DNA of 64,000 bases. Source: Heteronotia binoei. Its lineage: Eukaryota. The position numbers and the translations under genes were made by a program. Every line of letters starts with the position of its first letter. Positions within the stretch are counted from its first letter, which is position 1. The stretch covers positions 58,094,001 through 58,158,000 of the forward strand of contig NC_083224.1 of assembly GCF_032191835.1 (NCBI RefSeq), in the 5' to 3' direction. The notes under the pieces are model-generated. The model saw only the letters and a list, made by a program, of their open reading frames with translations, was not told the origin of the DNA and did no database searches. Shown piece by piece: positions 23,950 through 37,109 of this stretch.

Positions 23950-24830
23950 TATGATAATTAAATAGCCTTGGTGGATGACCTGCCTGGGGATGGACAGAGG
24001 AAATGCAACTCTTGATTCTAATGGACTTCTCAGTAGCTTTTGATACCATTGATCATGAAAACACTTCTGGACCTCCCTTCCAGACTGGAATTGGGAGGCA
24101 AAGCTCTATAGCGCTTCTGGTCTTATCTGGAGGGTAGGTTTCAAAAGGTGGTGCTGGGGTACTGCCACACAGCCCCTTGGAATCTTGCAGGACCCTATAG
24201 CCTGAAGGTCATATTGTCCTTTACACTTCTCAACATCTACATGATTACACTGGGTGTGGTCATCCAGAGATTTGGGCTTCGTTATTACCCAGATGTGGAT
24301 GTCACTCAGTTCCCCGGGGAGTCCATAGGATCCCTGGAGGCAGTTTTGGACTGGACACAGGCTAATAAATTGAAGCTTAATCCTGACTAGATGAAGGTGC
24401 TACTGGTGAGTGGAAAATCTGGCTCAGGATTTAAGCAGTCACCCATTCTGGATGGTGTTATACTCTTCTTGAAGGAACAACTCTGAAGCTTGGGAGTGCT
24501 CTTGGATCTAGGTCTGCTGTTGGACAAGCAGCAATAACAAATACTGGATAAGCAGCAGCTGTGGCTAGGAGTGCCTTTTACCATATTTGACAGATTAGCC
24601 AGCTGTGACCTTTCCTGGGCAGAAAAGATGTGGCCACAGTGGCACATGCTGTAGTCACTACATAATTAGATCACTGCAATGCACTTTACATGGGACTGCC
24701 CTTGAAAAATGTTCAGAAATTTCAATTGGTGCAAAATGCTGAAACCAGGATGCAGATTGGATTGGGTTATAGGAATCATATCACTCCTGTCATGACCCAT
24801 CTATATAGCCTCCCAATCTGTTTCTGCTAG
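23950..24830 (+). mobile_element. Decayed L2-clade LINE RT fragment
   Basis: Degenerate DFSVAFDTIDH, NIYM..LG.VIQRFGL, KLNPD and DHCNALY motifs across frames. Confidence 0.75.
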
Positions 24831-26014
24831 AATTCTGCTAGAATCTGCTAGAATTGATATTTAGAAGCACTGAAGTTCTGCCTGCAGCTGTACTGCCATT
24901 TCCCCTTTAAGTCAGAACCAAGAAGCTTTTGCTTTGTTTTGGCTTAAAATTAGAAAGCTCTGGGAGTCCCAAGAGCTGTTGTCAGAAGGATCACAGGATC
25001 ATGCAGAACTGACTACATAAAGTGGGGGCATGGTGTATGCCAGCTAAGGGGATATCCTGGTGTGGAAACAGCATCTATCGTTAGTGGTTAAAACTACTCT
25101 TTGATTCATGACACCCAGTCTCTGTATCATTCTGGATATGTACTAAATTCAGAGGGAGCTCTTCTAGTCTGTTTGTTTAAATTGTGTGCTTTGAACCTAT
25201 CAAACAGTTATTTGATAACTTGACCCTGGTTATTTTATTTGTTGACCTGACACTGAAGTGAACTTCAGTCACTTGGGAATTATTCCCATTTATATTCCTT
25301 TCTTGCAGCTCAATGTTCCTGACCAATCAAAGCCACTAAAGTTTTAATCTCAAAAGTTGTTTAGGCTCTCTTAGTTGTTACTCCAGAATCTGGATGAGCT
25401 GCCCAGGTAGGAGTGAGTTGGTAGATGTTAGAGATGTGTGTGGAAATTTTATTCAGATGTGAGTTCAGCTTGTGTTGTTTTTTTCTGTTCAGGTTCTTTA
25501 ATATGTCCCATGTTTGGGTTTATTATTGTATATGCGTGATTCCCACCTCTAAGTTCTGTCTGCACATCAAACTGAAATTAAATTTTCAGAAACTGTAGCA
25601 TCTTCCAAAGGAGTCTTTCATTCTAAAATTTTAAGAAAACTGGAAAGGAATGGAAAAGTGCAACATATTTCTGGAACCAGCTCCTTGCACCAATCCAACA
25701 GGAACAGGATTGTAGCCGTCACTTGAAGGATTATTTATTGTTATTGGCAAGTAGAAGTTTCAATCATATCACATAAAGGTGAAAAATCATTTTGTATATG
25801 TGACTGTAGCGATCTTCCTTTTGCTGAGGTCAGTTAATGTGCAGTATCAAACACCCATGGGAAAAGAATAGTGTGAATTTCCTACTGGTAGGAACGGTGC
25901 AAGCCTGATAATTTGATTAATGCTCTGCAAATCTTCAAACTTCCTCTCTCAGACTGATGAAAAAGAAGTTATTTTCTTTGCAGAATTTGTCCCTGCTTTA
26001 TGGTCTTAACAATA

Positions 26015-26087
26015 ATGGAGCCCTTGTTGAGAGGTCTCCTAGTCCTGTTGTGCTTGCTGACTGTAGAACCAACTGAGTATGTAAATG
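26015..26087 (+). CDS. Novel chitinase-like gene, coding exon 1: signal peptide MEPLLRGLLVLLCLLTVEPTEYVN
   Basis: Strong Kozak ataATGG (alternative in-frame ATG 26000), hydrophobic core, G|GTAAGT phase-1 donor; exon has an upstream acceptor (cag ends 25983). Confidence 0.8.
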
Positions 26088-27983
26088 GTAAGTTAAAGGA
26101 GTAACAATCAAATCCAGTTTGTATACACCAGAGAGTGATCCACACAGTAGCTGCAGAGGAACCGGATGGTTATCAATGTGCATTTGGCTTCCACAATCTG
26201 CAATCCGGATGTATGGATCAATGAGTATTCTGTGTATACAATAAATAGAGGGCATTATGAGATCAGTGCAAGCTGTACAATTCACACAGCTGACCTCCAA
26301 ATTCTAGTGTTTTTGGACAGGGGAGGGGAGCTACAATAACAGAAAGAAGGCATGTAAAAATGATATAGAGCAGTGAAGCCTGAAGACCTAAATATCTGTA
26401 CAGTTTAAAATGCACTTGAATTTCAAGTTGAGTTGCTTTTAATATAATGATAAAGCAGAAAGCAGATTTCTAGTCCTCATGGCAATGTTGGGGAAAACAT
26501 TCAATTACCACAAGTTTCATCGGCAGGAACCAGGTTGAGATGTTTTGCAGACTGCAGCTGCCTTCTATGTTTTTGCTGATGTCCTGGCAGTTCTGATTAT
26601 CATACTATCACTGTGATCAATACATATATGTTTTCTTTGTCCCCCCACCCCACCCCCGTCAGTGTTCCATCTGTTCACATTTACATTGTGGACTGGTTTT
26701 CCAGGGGGAGTTTTCTGCATGCACTGAAGCATTGCAATGTTTCAGCAGCTTCAAGGAGCTGAGAAATCCCTTTACGAGTACATTCCCCACCCACCACACC
26801 AACCTTGGAGTTGTACCTGGTGTGTGTGTCTCATTCTCTCTTTTGTTGCCTCTTTTCCCACATTTGAGCATTCTCCCCCAAAAAATTTTGAATTCCTTTC
26901 CCTGACTTACATCAGTATACAGTTCACAACAGCTTGTTTCCTTCAATTACATCCTTTTAGGTAGCTGCATGCACTGCAAAATGTATTTGAAAATAATCTG
27001 GGATGTGCTGGAATCTGATTTTGATTGTAAATGAAGGAATAATAAGGAAGGAAGGCAATGATTGGCTGCTCGTGCTGGGCCTCTGAATGGGACTGTAATT
27101 TTGTTCCAGGGCAGGCATGCTCCAACAATGAAACATTGAAACACTAGCACACAATTTAAACAAAAAATTGCTGTAGATTATTTTTTTTCTGGGCAGGTTT
27201 GTGTGGCAATCCACATTTTGAACAAGTGGCTATCTTATGAATTCATGCTGCAATACAGAAAAGAAGTACAGGAAAAGCTAGTTTAGGAAAGAAAGGGTGA
27301 AATATAGGATGGCACAGGGATGTCAACAAAGTTGCCTGTTTATGCACATGCACACACATGGTAAAATAGGGGAATAAAAATGGGACATTACGGCAATCTG
27401 GAAAATGCCTGAATTTGCTAGGGTCGAATTAGTGCCAGCTCTTATGTTCTAAATTCTGATGACTGGTCTATAGGCACCTACCTTTCTCATCTGTCCTCTT
27501 AATTTGCTTCTCTTCTGGGCCCTGTTCCCTCTCTCAATTTCCCATTTCCCATCAGCCATGGCTCTCCTCTTCTGTTTTCTTGAGCCCCTCTTTGTAAATT
27601 TGCTAGAACATAAGAAGAACCCTGGTCGGTCAGACTGATGGTTCATCTTGTCCAGTATCATGTGCTTTACAATCTTTGCTCAACCAGCTTTCTCTTTCTC
27701 CCTCCTTACTTCTCCTGGCCTCCTTGAGCCCTAAAACACTTCCAAAATTCCTGGAGATAAATTATTCCCAGAATTTTGGGAGTGTCTTCTTGGGTCATTC
27801 CTGATATCCCTGAACAGATCAAAAACAATGATTGTGGATGTTTTTGACTTGGGTATACCTGGACGCACATTCCCCACCTGAGACCCTAGAAAGCTGCTGC
27901 CAGAGTAGACAGAATAGGACTAGACTGATCACTGTTCTTGCTCAATGTAAGTCCATTCAACATGTATTTTATCCTTTCTTCAG

Positions 27984-28106
27984 AGAATGCAACACAAGGA
28001 AAAATACCATCGAGATTCTGCAATGTCTATAAACATGTTGCCACAGTTGCTGGAACAGGAGGATCTAAAAATATATCCTTCTGGCATCCAAATTGTCCAT
28101 TTGAAG
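27984..28106 (+). CDS. Novel chitinase-like gene, coding exon 2 (ENATQGKIPSRFCNVYKHVATVAGTGGSKNISFWHPNCPFE), Vps62-like
   Basis: 123 bp, phase 1-1, ctttcttcag acceptor and GTAAAG donor, open frame; Y..V...GTGG...ISFWHP motif. Confidence 0.85.
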
Positions 28107-31100
28107 GTAAAGATAAAAATGTCAGTAGTTTCAATATTACTGCGCCCACATATTTCCTTAGAAAGGTAAAAGCAAGAATCTTTGAGTGTTGGCTTCAAAT
28201 TTTCAGCATGATCATAGCATCTTTGCACTAAAGTGAAAGATGTCTTTACACAGAACTGTGCTCTGTTCTCATTGAACCATCTAGATGTGAAAAGGAAATT
28301 TATTTTCCCGAGATAGACCACATGAAAAAGAGCACATTTCTTTTTAAGTATTCTTAGCTGAATAACAAGGCAGGCTTAATACTGGTTTTGGAGCTTACCT
28401 GTATGTAAGTTTGGGAGGGGGTGAATTGTTCAAAATAATCTTGAGGCATTTGCAGGGACCACTTTGAGGAAAGGGTTAACTACCCCTTTCATGCCCCAGC
28501 AGTCGTCTCCTGCAAGAGCATCCCCCCCCCCCCCCAAATGCTGCATTTTCCTTAATAGGTAAGCATAGGAATGAGAATTTCTTCTAATATGTGACTCAGC
28601 CCTTAATTTACATCCTGTGCTTGGATATGTTTGTTGTTCTGACTGTAGAAAAGGTGCACAGGAGACTGAATTGGCAGCTAATTCTTATAGACAGAAACAT
28701 ATAGAGTTTTCATTCATGATATATGGGAAGCCAGTACGAATGATGAGGAGGGGAGGTGGTATATATACCCCAATCTCATCAGATCTTGGAAGCTAAACAG
28801 GGTTGATATTTGGATGGGAGATGGCCAAAGAAGGCTCTGCAGGAGGACTGTGTGGTGATTCCAGGTGCTGATTCTCTAGGAGAGATTTTCTAATGTCGTT
28901 CATGACAGCATAGAATCCAGCCTGCTTACTGTGCCTTCTTCCCATTCCAAAGTGCTGATGAAACTGACATGGTGGGAAAAAAATCTTGTAGATTTACTTA
29001 CCATTTTGTGGAGGAGGAGCAGTATTATAGTGTACAATGGCTGGTATACATGCACATGCTATTTTTGTGTTTCAAGTACCCACTTTGTGGAACAAGAGCA
29101 ATAGAAAAGCCCTGTGCCATAATGCAAGGGAAGAGGGTGGATTCCATGAATACAGGCTGAAGGAAGGAGGAGAGATGGTGGGGCAGCTGGTGACAGATGA
29201 GCAAGCTAACCTAGTTCTCACCATGGCTCTGCCAAGTGCTGAACACAGCATGTGAGCTCTCCCTGGAGATCGGAATATAGTTGCCTTGTTTTTTCCTACT
29301 GCCATACCATTCCCTCTGCTGCTGGGCCACCTGCTCTCTCCATCTGGGTAGGAACTCAGTACTATTTTTAATATATCCAGTATGATAAACACTCTATCAC
29401 GCTAACACCCAGGGACTAGATAATGTGCAATTGCAACAGAATAGGATGAGCACCAGCAAGATATGACAAACAATTTTATACATTGGTTTTATGAAACCAG
29501 TGAATATAAATAAGTGGCCACCATCAATAATGCAAGCACACTGGAGGTCATGGGGATGGGTTATGGACAGCAGCTACTGTTATTCAGCCTTTTAAAGCAG
29601 CCTGCATATGAGTGTCCCTCCCCTAATACTGATTTTGATTGACTGAGGTCAGGTGCATTTTTGTATCTGTACTATCTACTTTCTTCACGGTGAAGATATT
29701 TTCAAATGATGGCCATGATACTTTGTGCAAATGTAACATGCCTCCAGATCTATCTACTTATCAATCATCAATATATCTGATTCTCAGTGTGCCCCATCTT
29801 TAAAGATTGGAGCCATGACCAGACAAGACAGATCTTTCTATGCACCTGGAGAATTCCCCAAGTTTGCAGAAAAATCTGAAATCTAAAATAAAAATAAAAA
29901 GCACCCCCCAAATAATAAAAGCAGCACCTGTACCTTTAAGAAATGAACGCCCTCTGCAGTGGCCACTGTGGGCATACTAGGCAGCCACAATAATATCACC
30001 AGCCTTAAAACCTTTGTCTTAGTCAGTAAAAGGTAGGGCGAGGGCCCTTTTCAGGGCTGTTGCTGTGATCTTTGAGGGAAGACTAATTGGAGCTGGACCC
30101 AGCAGCAGTCACTTGATACCACATTCATCCAAGGACTGGCTGCTTGCTACTGTTCAGCAGCAGCCACCCCATGAAAGCCAGTGTGGTGTAGTGGTTCAAA
30201 TTTCAGACTAGGATTTTGGAAATCCATGTTTGAATCCCCACTTTGCTATAGAATGCCACTGAGTAACCTTGGGCCAATTATACATTCTCAGCCAAACTTA
30301 GCTTCTGCAGTTGTGAGGATAAAATGGGGAAGAGGAGAATGATGTTAGCTACTTCAGGTGCCCACTGTTGAAAGAGGTAGGGTATAACTGAAATAGAGTA
30401 ATAACAATAAATATAGATGGAAATGGAAGGCAGATAAAAATAGGTGGGTGGAAAAGAAGGATGCCAGGAAATATGAAATATGAAGGAGGAGGGACAGAGG
30501 AAATGGTGTGGGGAAATGGAGACAGGGAAGTGAGGTGCCCTCCACAAGTCCTTGCAGATTTGCCGTGGTGTGGCTAGGCTTTGCCCCACAGCAGGTACCA
30601 TGCAACTAGGCTGGGCCTGGGCCTGTGGTCAGCACCACACAGTTTTCTCAGGGAGAGTGAAGGAGGGAGAGGTGATGACTGAGGGAGATAAAAGGAGATT
30701 GGTTGGTGGATGGGAAGAATAGACAGAAGTAGGAAAAAGGGGAGGCTATGGTGACTCTTAGGAAAGGGAAAATAGTGGAGGAAAGGAAAATAAAATGCCC
30801 CTCAAAATGTTTTTGAGATTAACAGACATGTTTCTATATCCTCCATTTTATCTGCACAACAATCCTGTAATGTAGGTTAGGCTGAGAGCCTGGCCAAAGA
30901 CCATTTTGTGAGCTTAGTGCTAGAGTACGGTTTTAAACCCTGGTTTCCTCAGTCCTAGACCGCCCTGGATCCAGCAATGCACAAACAGAAACATAAATGG
31001 ACTAAGCACAGTTCTGCTTACACATGACCTTGTGCAATATCTAGGGCTTTCCTTCCTATATCTTATGGTGCCCAGAAATTGCTTCCACAGTGTCTTCACA

Positions 31101-31418
31101 CTTTTGCTTACATAAGGATCTTTGTGGTAATCTTCTGGGAGATCCAAGTCCTAGTCTAATATTCTAACCAGTACTCCACACTGGCTGAAGGAGTTAATTG
31201 TTCAATCAATGTAGCTTAGTGTGTCATTAAAATCTTTTAAATATATTTGCATATAGCAGCAGATATGTCTGAATATGAGACACAAGAAGGCAACTGTATT
31301 TTTAAATGAGAAGTGGATATTCTTCACTACTCAAAACTCTGCTTTGTTCTGAACAGTGTCAAGGTGAGAAAATTCTTGAACTTGGTGTAACTAACACCAC
31401 CATGTTGTCTCCTTCCAG

Positions 31419-31530
31419 GCTATTATTCTCTTGGAGATGTGGTTAAAAGAGGTCCTGGACAGCCTATGACTTGGGCTTTGATGGTAAAGGAAGAGAGTAA
31501 TGGTCTTCTGAAACATCCTCAAGGTTTCAG
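31419..31530 (+). CDS. Novel chitinase-like gene, coding exon 3 (GYYSLGDVVKRGPGQPMTWALMVKEESNGLLKHPQGFR), Vps62-like
   Basis: 112 bp, phase 1-2, ctccttccag acceptor and GTACTT donor; GYY.LGDV motif. Confidence 0.88.
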
Positions 31531-31798
31531 GTACTTTATGGAAAATTGTACAGAAAATTTGCTTTTATTTATTGAACTTAATACAATGAATTTGGAATCA
31601 ATCTGTACCCAAAAGTATAGGTTGAAATCCAAAACTGGCAGAATGTTTTGGCTAACAAATGCTGAGAAATACAAGTAGATATTTCCCAAGAGGGTGTACA
31701 GTAGGGTTGCTAGTCCCCAGCGGGTGCCACTCAGAGTGGTGGAGGAAGAAAAATAAAATTGCCATCTGTATGGTGTCACTTCAAGGAACAACCACAAG

Positions 31799-32295
31799 TA
31801 GGCTTCCCAATCCCCAGGTCCCAGCGGGGGATCCCCCGGTTTTACAGGCTTCCCCCCCTCCCCCAGCCAGCTGTCCGGCGGGGGAAGCCCCACCCCCACA
31901 GCCATTATGCACCTCCATGAACAATTCCCATAGGGAATGATGGGGAATTGATCTGCGAGTATCGGGGGCTCTGGGGGGCTGTTTTTTTAGGTAGAGGTGC
32001 CAAATTTTCAGTATAGCATCTAGTGCCTCTTCCCAAAATACCCCCCGAGTTTCAAAAGTATTGGACCAGGGGGTCCAATTCTACGAGCCCCAAAAGAAGG
32101 TGCCCCTATCCTTCATTATTTTCTATGGAAGGAAGGCATTTTAAAAGGTGTGCTGTCCCTTTAAATGTGATGGCCAGAACTCCCTTGGAGTTCAATTCTG
32201 CTTGTCACACCCGTGCTCCTGGCTCCGCCCCCAATGTCTCCTGGCCCCACCCCCAAAGTCCCCAGATATTTCTTGAATTGGACTTGGCAACCCTA
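31799..32295. mobile_element. hAT MITE (TAGGGTTGCCAA family), nested in another related element starting at 31702
   Basis: taggcttcccaa...ttggcaacccta termini; perfect TSD accacaag. Confidence 0.9.
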
Positions 32296-32419
32296 ACCAC
32301 AAGTGACATCAGACCTCTCTAGGAATCACTGAAATCCGGCCAGTTTGTAGAGAGGTGTGACCATTTCCAGGAAAACCTGGATGGCCACCCACATGTCCCT
32401 GCCCCCGCTGCCAGTCTAC

Positions 32420-34520
32420 TGTTGCTTGCCAAGAACTATGACATCTTGTGATTTGGATGTTATGCCTCTGTTTTTACACCCCAAAATTTCATTAGCCTTT
32501 TTTGTCACTTCATCACACTGGCTGCTCATATTTAATTTACAGTCCACTCATACCCCAAGATCTTATTCACATACACTGCTACCTAGAAGTGTATCCCCCA
32601 TCCAGTATGTATGTTCTCCATTTTTGTTATCCAGATGTAGAACTCAGCACTTATCCTTGTTAAATTGCATCTTGTTCACTTCCACACACTTTTCCAGCAT
32701 GTTCACATCTCGCTGAATTCTATCTCTGTCATCTGGTATGTTTGCTGATCCTCCCAATTTGGTGTCATCTGCAAATTTAATGAGTAGCCCCTCCACACCC
32801 TCATGCCGATCATTTATAAAAATATTGAAAAGTACCAGGCCCAGAACTAAACCCTGTGGCACCCCACTGGACACCTCCCTCCATTCAGATGAAATGCCAC
32901 TGACAAGTACTCTTTGAGTGTAGTTCTCCAACCAGTTCCCTGTCCACCTATCCTAGAGTCCAATCTACAGTCCTCTAGCTCAGTTGTCCCCAACCTATCT
33001 GGCCCCAGGGACCGGCCCCCAGGGACCGGCCCACTGACCACAACCCAGAGCAGGCAGGGTGGGGGGGACCCAATTTGGCCTCCCCCCCATGGCGCCTCCT
33101 CCCTCCTGTTTTCCTCCCCCATTTTCCTCCTCCCTCCCTCCCCCTGCACAGCCTCACTGCTTCCTCCTCCCCCCATTTTCCTCCTCTCTCCTCCCCCCCC
33201 CTTGCAGCCTCACCACATCTTGACTCCTTGCACCTTGACTCCTACTTTGTTCTACTGCTTCAGACCAACACAGCTGCCCACCTGGATCTATCCTTCTCCC
33301 CATTTTCTTCCCTTGCCCCGCCCCATGCAGCCTCATCACCTCTCCCCCCCCCCCGTTTTCTCCATTTTAAGGCTGGGGAAGGGGTGGTGAAGTTCTCCCA
33401 GGCTGCCCACCCCCTGCCAAACAGCTGCGGAGGAAAAACTGCCGCAGCCAGTGGCAGCCCAGGGCACGTCGCGCCCCAGGCAGGCACCCCCCAAAGCACA
33501 TCAAACCACCCCCCCTGGGCCCACAGCGCTCACCCCCTCCTTCCCTTCCCTTTCTGTCCTGTTCCATCACCTTCCCCCCCACCCCGCCCCGCTCGCAATC
33601 ACAGCGCGCCACGGCGGAGGGGGGGGAAGCAACAGGACAGGAAGGAAAGGGGATGGGGCGGGTGGCGGTGGTGAGCTTGGAGGAGGAAGCAGACACACCT
33701 TGGCCAGCAGGGCAGGGGGGAGGGAGGCAACAGGAAGGGAAGCGAAAGAGATGACAGAGGAGGAGGCAGGCATGCCACGACTGCAGAGCCCAGGCATAGT
33801 GGGGTGTGAGGCAGAGGAACAGGAAGGGAAAGGAAGGGTGGCTGGTGGCCGGCAGCGAGCGACACTGCCCTTGCCTCCTTCCCATTTGAGGAGGAGGCAA
33901 GGGCAGCATCGCTAGAAGCTGTTTCAGCAGCTTTCCCAGCCAATCAGGTGATTGGTGGGAGGGGAGAGGCTGTGCAGAGGGCGAAGGAGGGAGGAGGAAA
34001 TGGGGGTGTGTGGAGGAGGCCCACGGGGGGGGGGGGGTGTGTGGCGAGGCTGCATGGCCCATGGAAAACAGGCAGTGGCCCACTACCGGTCCCCGGCCCA
34101 GGGGTTGTTGTCCCCTGCTCTAGCTTACCCATCATAACATCATGGGGAACATTGTTAAAAGCTTTACTGAAATTAAACAACATCAACAACATTCTCTTGA
34201 TCCAGTAAGCTCATCACTCAATCAAAAAAGGAAATGAGGTTGGTCTGGCAGGACTTGTTGGGGACAAATCTTTTCTGACACCCCCGGATCACTAAGTTGC
34301 CCTTTAGATGCTTGCAGATTGATCCCCTTAAAATCTGCTGCAGTATCTTTCCTGGGACAGAGGTCAGACTGACTGGCTTGTAGTTTCCTGGGTCATCCCT
34401 CCTCACTTTTTTCAAAATTGGGATAACATCTGCCCTCCTCCAGTCTTATGGCACGTCTCCCCTCCTCCAAGAGGTTTGGAAGATGATGGACAAAGGCTCT
34501 GTAAGCTCTCTAGAAAGATT
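32420..34520 (-). mobile_element. CR1 LINE RT fragment interrupted by a hAT element
   Basis: VSSGVPQG...LFNIFIND...IKFADDTKLGG (32644-32931) and NYKPVSLTSVPGK (34218-34415). Confidence 0.88.
32981..34117. mobile_element. hAT (Charlie-like TIR) non-autonomous element with a GC-rich low-complexity interior
   Basis: Imperfect TIRs cagttgtccccaacc / ggttgttgtcccctg; perfect TSD ctctagct. Confidence 0.85.
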
Positions 34521-35472
34521 TCAGGGTCCATGTTGCTATCCATTGTCTTCCTGTAGTTGTCCATTGTCTTTCTGTCCCACGACTCCTGAACAATGCTCTT
34601 ACACCTTCACTTTTCATTTCCAAATGAGATGAGCAGCAAAAACCCCCCACTACTGTTATTGTTTTCCTTTCTCTACCATTTATCTGAGAAAAGCTGCTTA
34701 AGAATAGGGTTGATCATATCTTATAAAATTAATGAAAAAAGCAAATGAGCAGGTTTCATTCCATTGTCAGTTGTCTAGCTACTATAACAAACAACAACAA
34801 AAACCTGATTGAATGCCATTTGTTTCTATTCATATTGTTTCTCTGGTACCTGGCAGTCATAATGAAAAGAGAGGAATGGGTAACAGAAGGAAAGGGAGTT
34901 GGGAGAGTTGACTTTGCATCTGTGGCAGAATGTGCCTGTTCTGGCCTGCAGACCCTATTCCGCCCTGCCCTCCTAGGTGTTTCTCCACACCTGGAGAGGC
35001 TTTTCTTCTACTCTCAGGGTACCTCATCACCACCACCTGACCTTTTTATGAAATTGCCCATTGGGAGGGTCAGGGGTCCCAGCTTCTCTTCCAAGTTCTG
35101 AGGCCTTGCCTCTGTGTCTCCCACAGTGCCTAGTCACCACTGGGACAGTTTACTGTCTTGTGTGGCCTGGGAGGAATAGCCATTTGCCAACTACCTGCCT
35201 TCTCCCCGGCACTTCTTTTAAAATAGTGCATCTGAGACAGTGGACATCTGTGTGGTACAGAGAGAACCACTGACAGCCTCAAAAGTTATAAGGCACTTTT
35301 TAAAAGAAAATATTTACAAGCATACTTTTAGCACAGCACCAGATTGAGCAAGGGCTACAAAACAAATGGGTAAAACACAAATCTTCTATTCCTCTCTCTA
35401 TACATGCCCTATCAGATGTTAAAATATAGGACAGGCCTCTTTAGCTTTGATAGTTATAAATTTCTATAAAAC

Positions 35473-36270
35473 TAGGGTCCAAGTCCAATTACGGAAATAT
35501 CTGGGGACTTTGGGGGTGGAGCGAGGAGACACCGGGGTGGAGCTAGGAGCAAGGGTGTGACAAGCACAATTGAACACCAAAGGGAGCTCTGTCCATCACA
35601 ATTAAAGGGACCTCACAACTTTTTAAATGCCTTCCATCCCTCCACCCTCCCCTTCTCTGATTTCACCTTAGAGGCGGAGCGGAGCGGGTGACGTCGCTGC
35701 GCTGCTGCCGCCTCTTCTCAGCTTCACCGTAGCTGCTCCTCCGAGATGGGCTCAGCCTGAGCCCATCTCGGAGGAGCAGCTACAGTGAAGAGGAGAAAAG
35801 GCGGCAGCGCAGCGACGTCACCCGCTCCGCTCCGCCTCTGAGGTGAAATCAGAGAAGGGGAGGGTGGAGGCAGGCCAGGAGTGTGGCAATCCGCGAGTCC
35901 GGGTCCTAGAAGGACCCAAATTCACGGCTCGCCATGCTCCTGGCCTGCCTCCACCCTCCCCTTCTCTGATTTTACCTCAGAGGCGCAGCAGAGCGGGCGA
36001 TGCCGCTGCGCTGCTGCCGCCTCTTCTCCGCTTCATCTTAGCTGCTCCTCCGAGATGGGCTCAGCCTGAGCCCATCTCGGAGGAGCAGCTACGGTGAAGC
36101 GGAGAAGAGGCGGCAGCTGCGCAGCGGTGTCGCCCGCTCCGAGATGGGGTGGCTCGCCACGCTCCTTGGCGCTGTTTCCCCCCTCCCCCCACTTCTGTTT
36201 TTTGGGGGAGCGGGGGAAGAGGCTGGAAATCCTGGGGTCCCCCGCCAGGGTGGGAGGGTTGGGAAGCCTA
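35473..36270. mobile_element. hAT MITE (TAGGGTTGCCAA family) with long internal palindromes
   Basis: Family termini; TSD tataaaac/tacaaaac. Confidence 0.9.
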
Positions 36271-36971
36271 TACAAAACTTTCATTACCTTGAAGGTTTCT
36301 CCAGCTGTTTAGGTCAGCACATGGTCAAGAATGGCTGCCTTCCTCGAGGAGAGATCTGCTCTGCATCCTCTCATGGAAAAGGAACCTCCTTCATGTTGCA
36401 AAGAGTTTTTAAAAATCATATCTGTTTCGTCACCCACTGATCAGGTCATGCCAGGTCAAAGAGGCTTTACCTGGACATCTCTAGAATTCTTCCTGAAGAC
36501 TTTGTAGCCTTAATCTCTCCAAGTCTTTGTTCCCTGCTTGGAGAAGGGGCAGAGATTGACCCACCCATTATCTCTCCTGCTACATCTTCGCATTTATATG
36601 CAGGTGAGCTGCCTGGAAAACAGTTGAACTGACTTCCCTCCACTGCCTGTTCTCTGCCCTGGATGGGAGACACACTGTTAAAATACAAAATGTAGGTTTT
36701 GCTTATCTCAAACTTCCCAGAGGAAAATGCATTTCTTCATAACAAGTGAAGAATATTATCCTGAAATGCCATTTTCTCTTGCACTTCCTTTAAAAAAAGA
36801 CAGTGTAATGTTGTTGATACAGCTGATTTTGAACTCTGCAGTGTCAGAATATCTGGTTTGTTCTACCTGCAGGGCAGATAGATAATTCCTCCAAAATGTG
36901 AAAAAGTCTTCAGATGTGAGAGTTGTTCACCACTATTTCTAATAACACATTTCAATGTTTTGGTTTTTTAG

Positions 36972-37109
36972 GGAACTCTGGAAAAAGAGAAACCATGGAG
37001 CAAAGACTGAAATTAAAATACTTGAAATGGAGTGTTCAAATGGATATAAAGCTCTAGGTAATGTAGTTATTAAGGGCTACAATCCGCATCCTGATTGGCA
37101 TCGTTACAG
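36972..37109 (+). CDS. Novel chitinase-like gene, coding exon 4 (ELWKKRNHGAKTEIKILEMECSNGYKALGNVVIKGYNPHPDWHRYR), Vps62-like
   Basis: 138 bp, phase 2-2, ttttttag acceptor and GTAAGT donor; GY.ALG.VV..GY.P motif. Confidence 0.88.

Noticed and set aside
32847-34208. Multiple overlapping ORFs of 100-240 aa
   Set aside because: Low-complexity GC-rich interior of a TSD-flanked hAT element.
37067-37109. Type II membrane anchor from the alternative frame LLRATIRILIGIVT spliced to exon 6
   Set aside because: That frame has upstream stops and no ATG; the other frame of 36972-37109 fits the phases of both neighbours and completes the YRCV motif.
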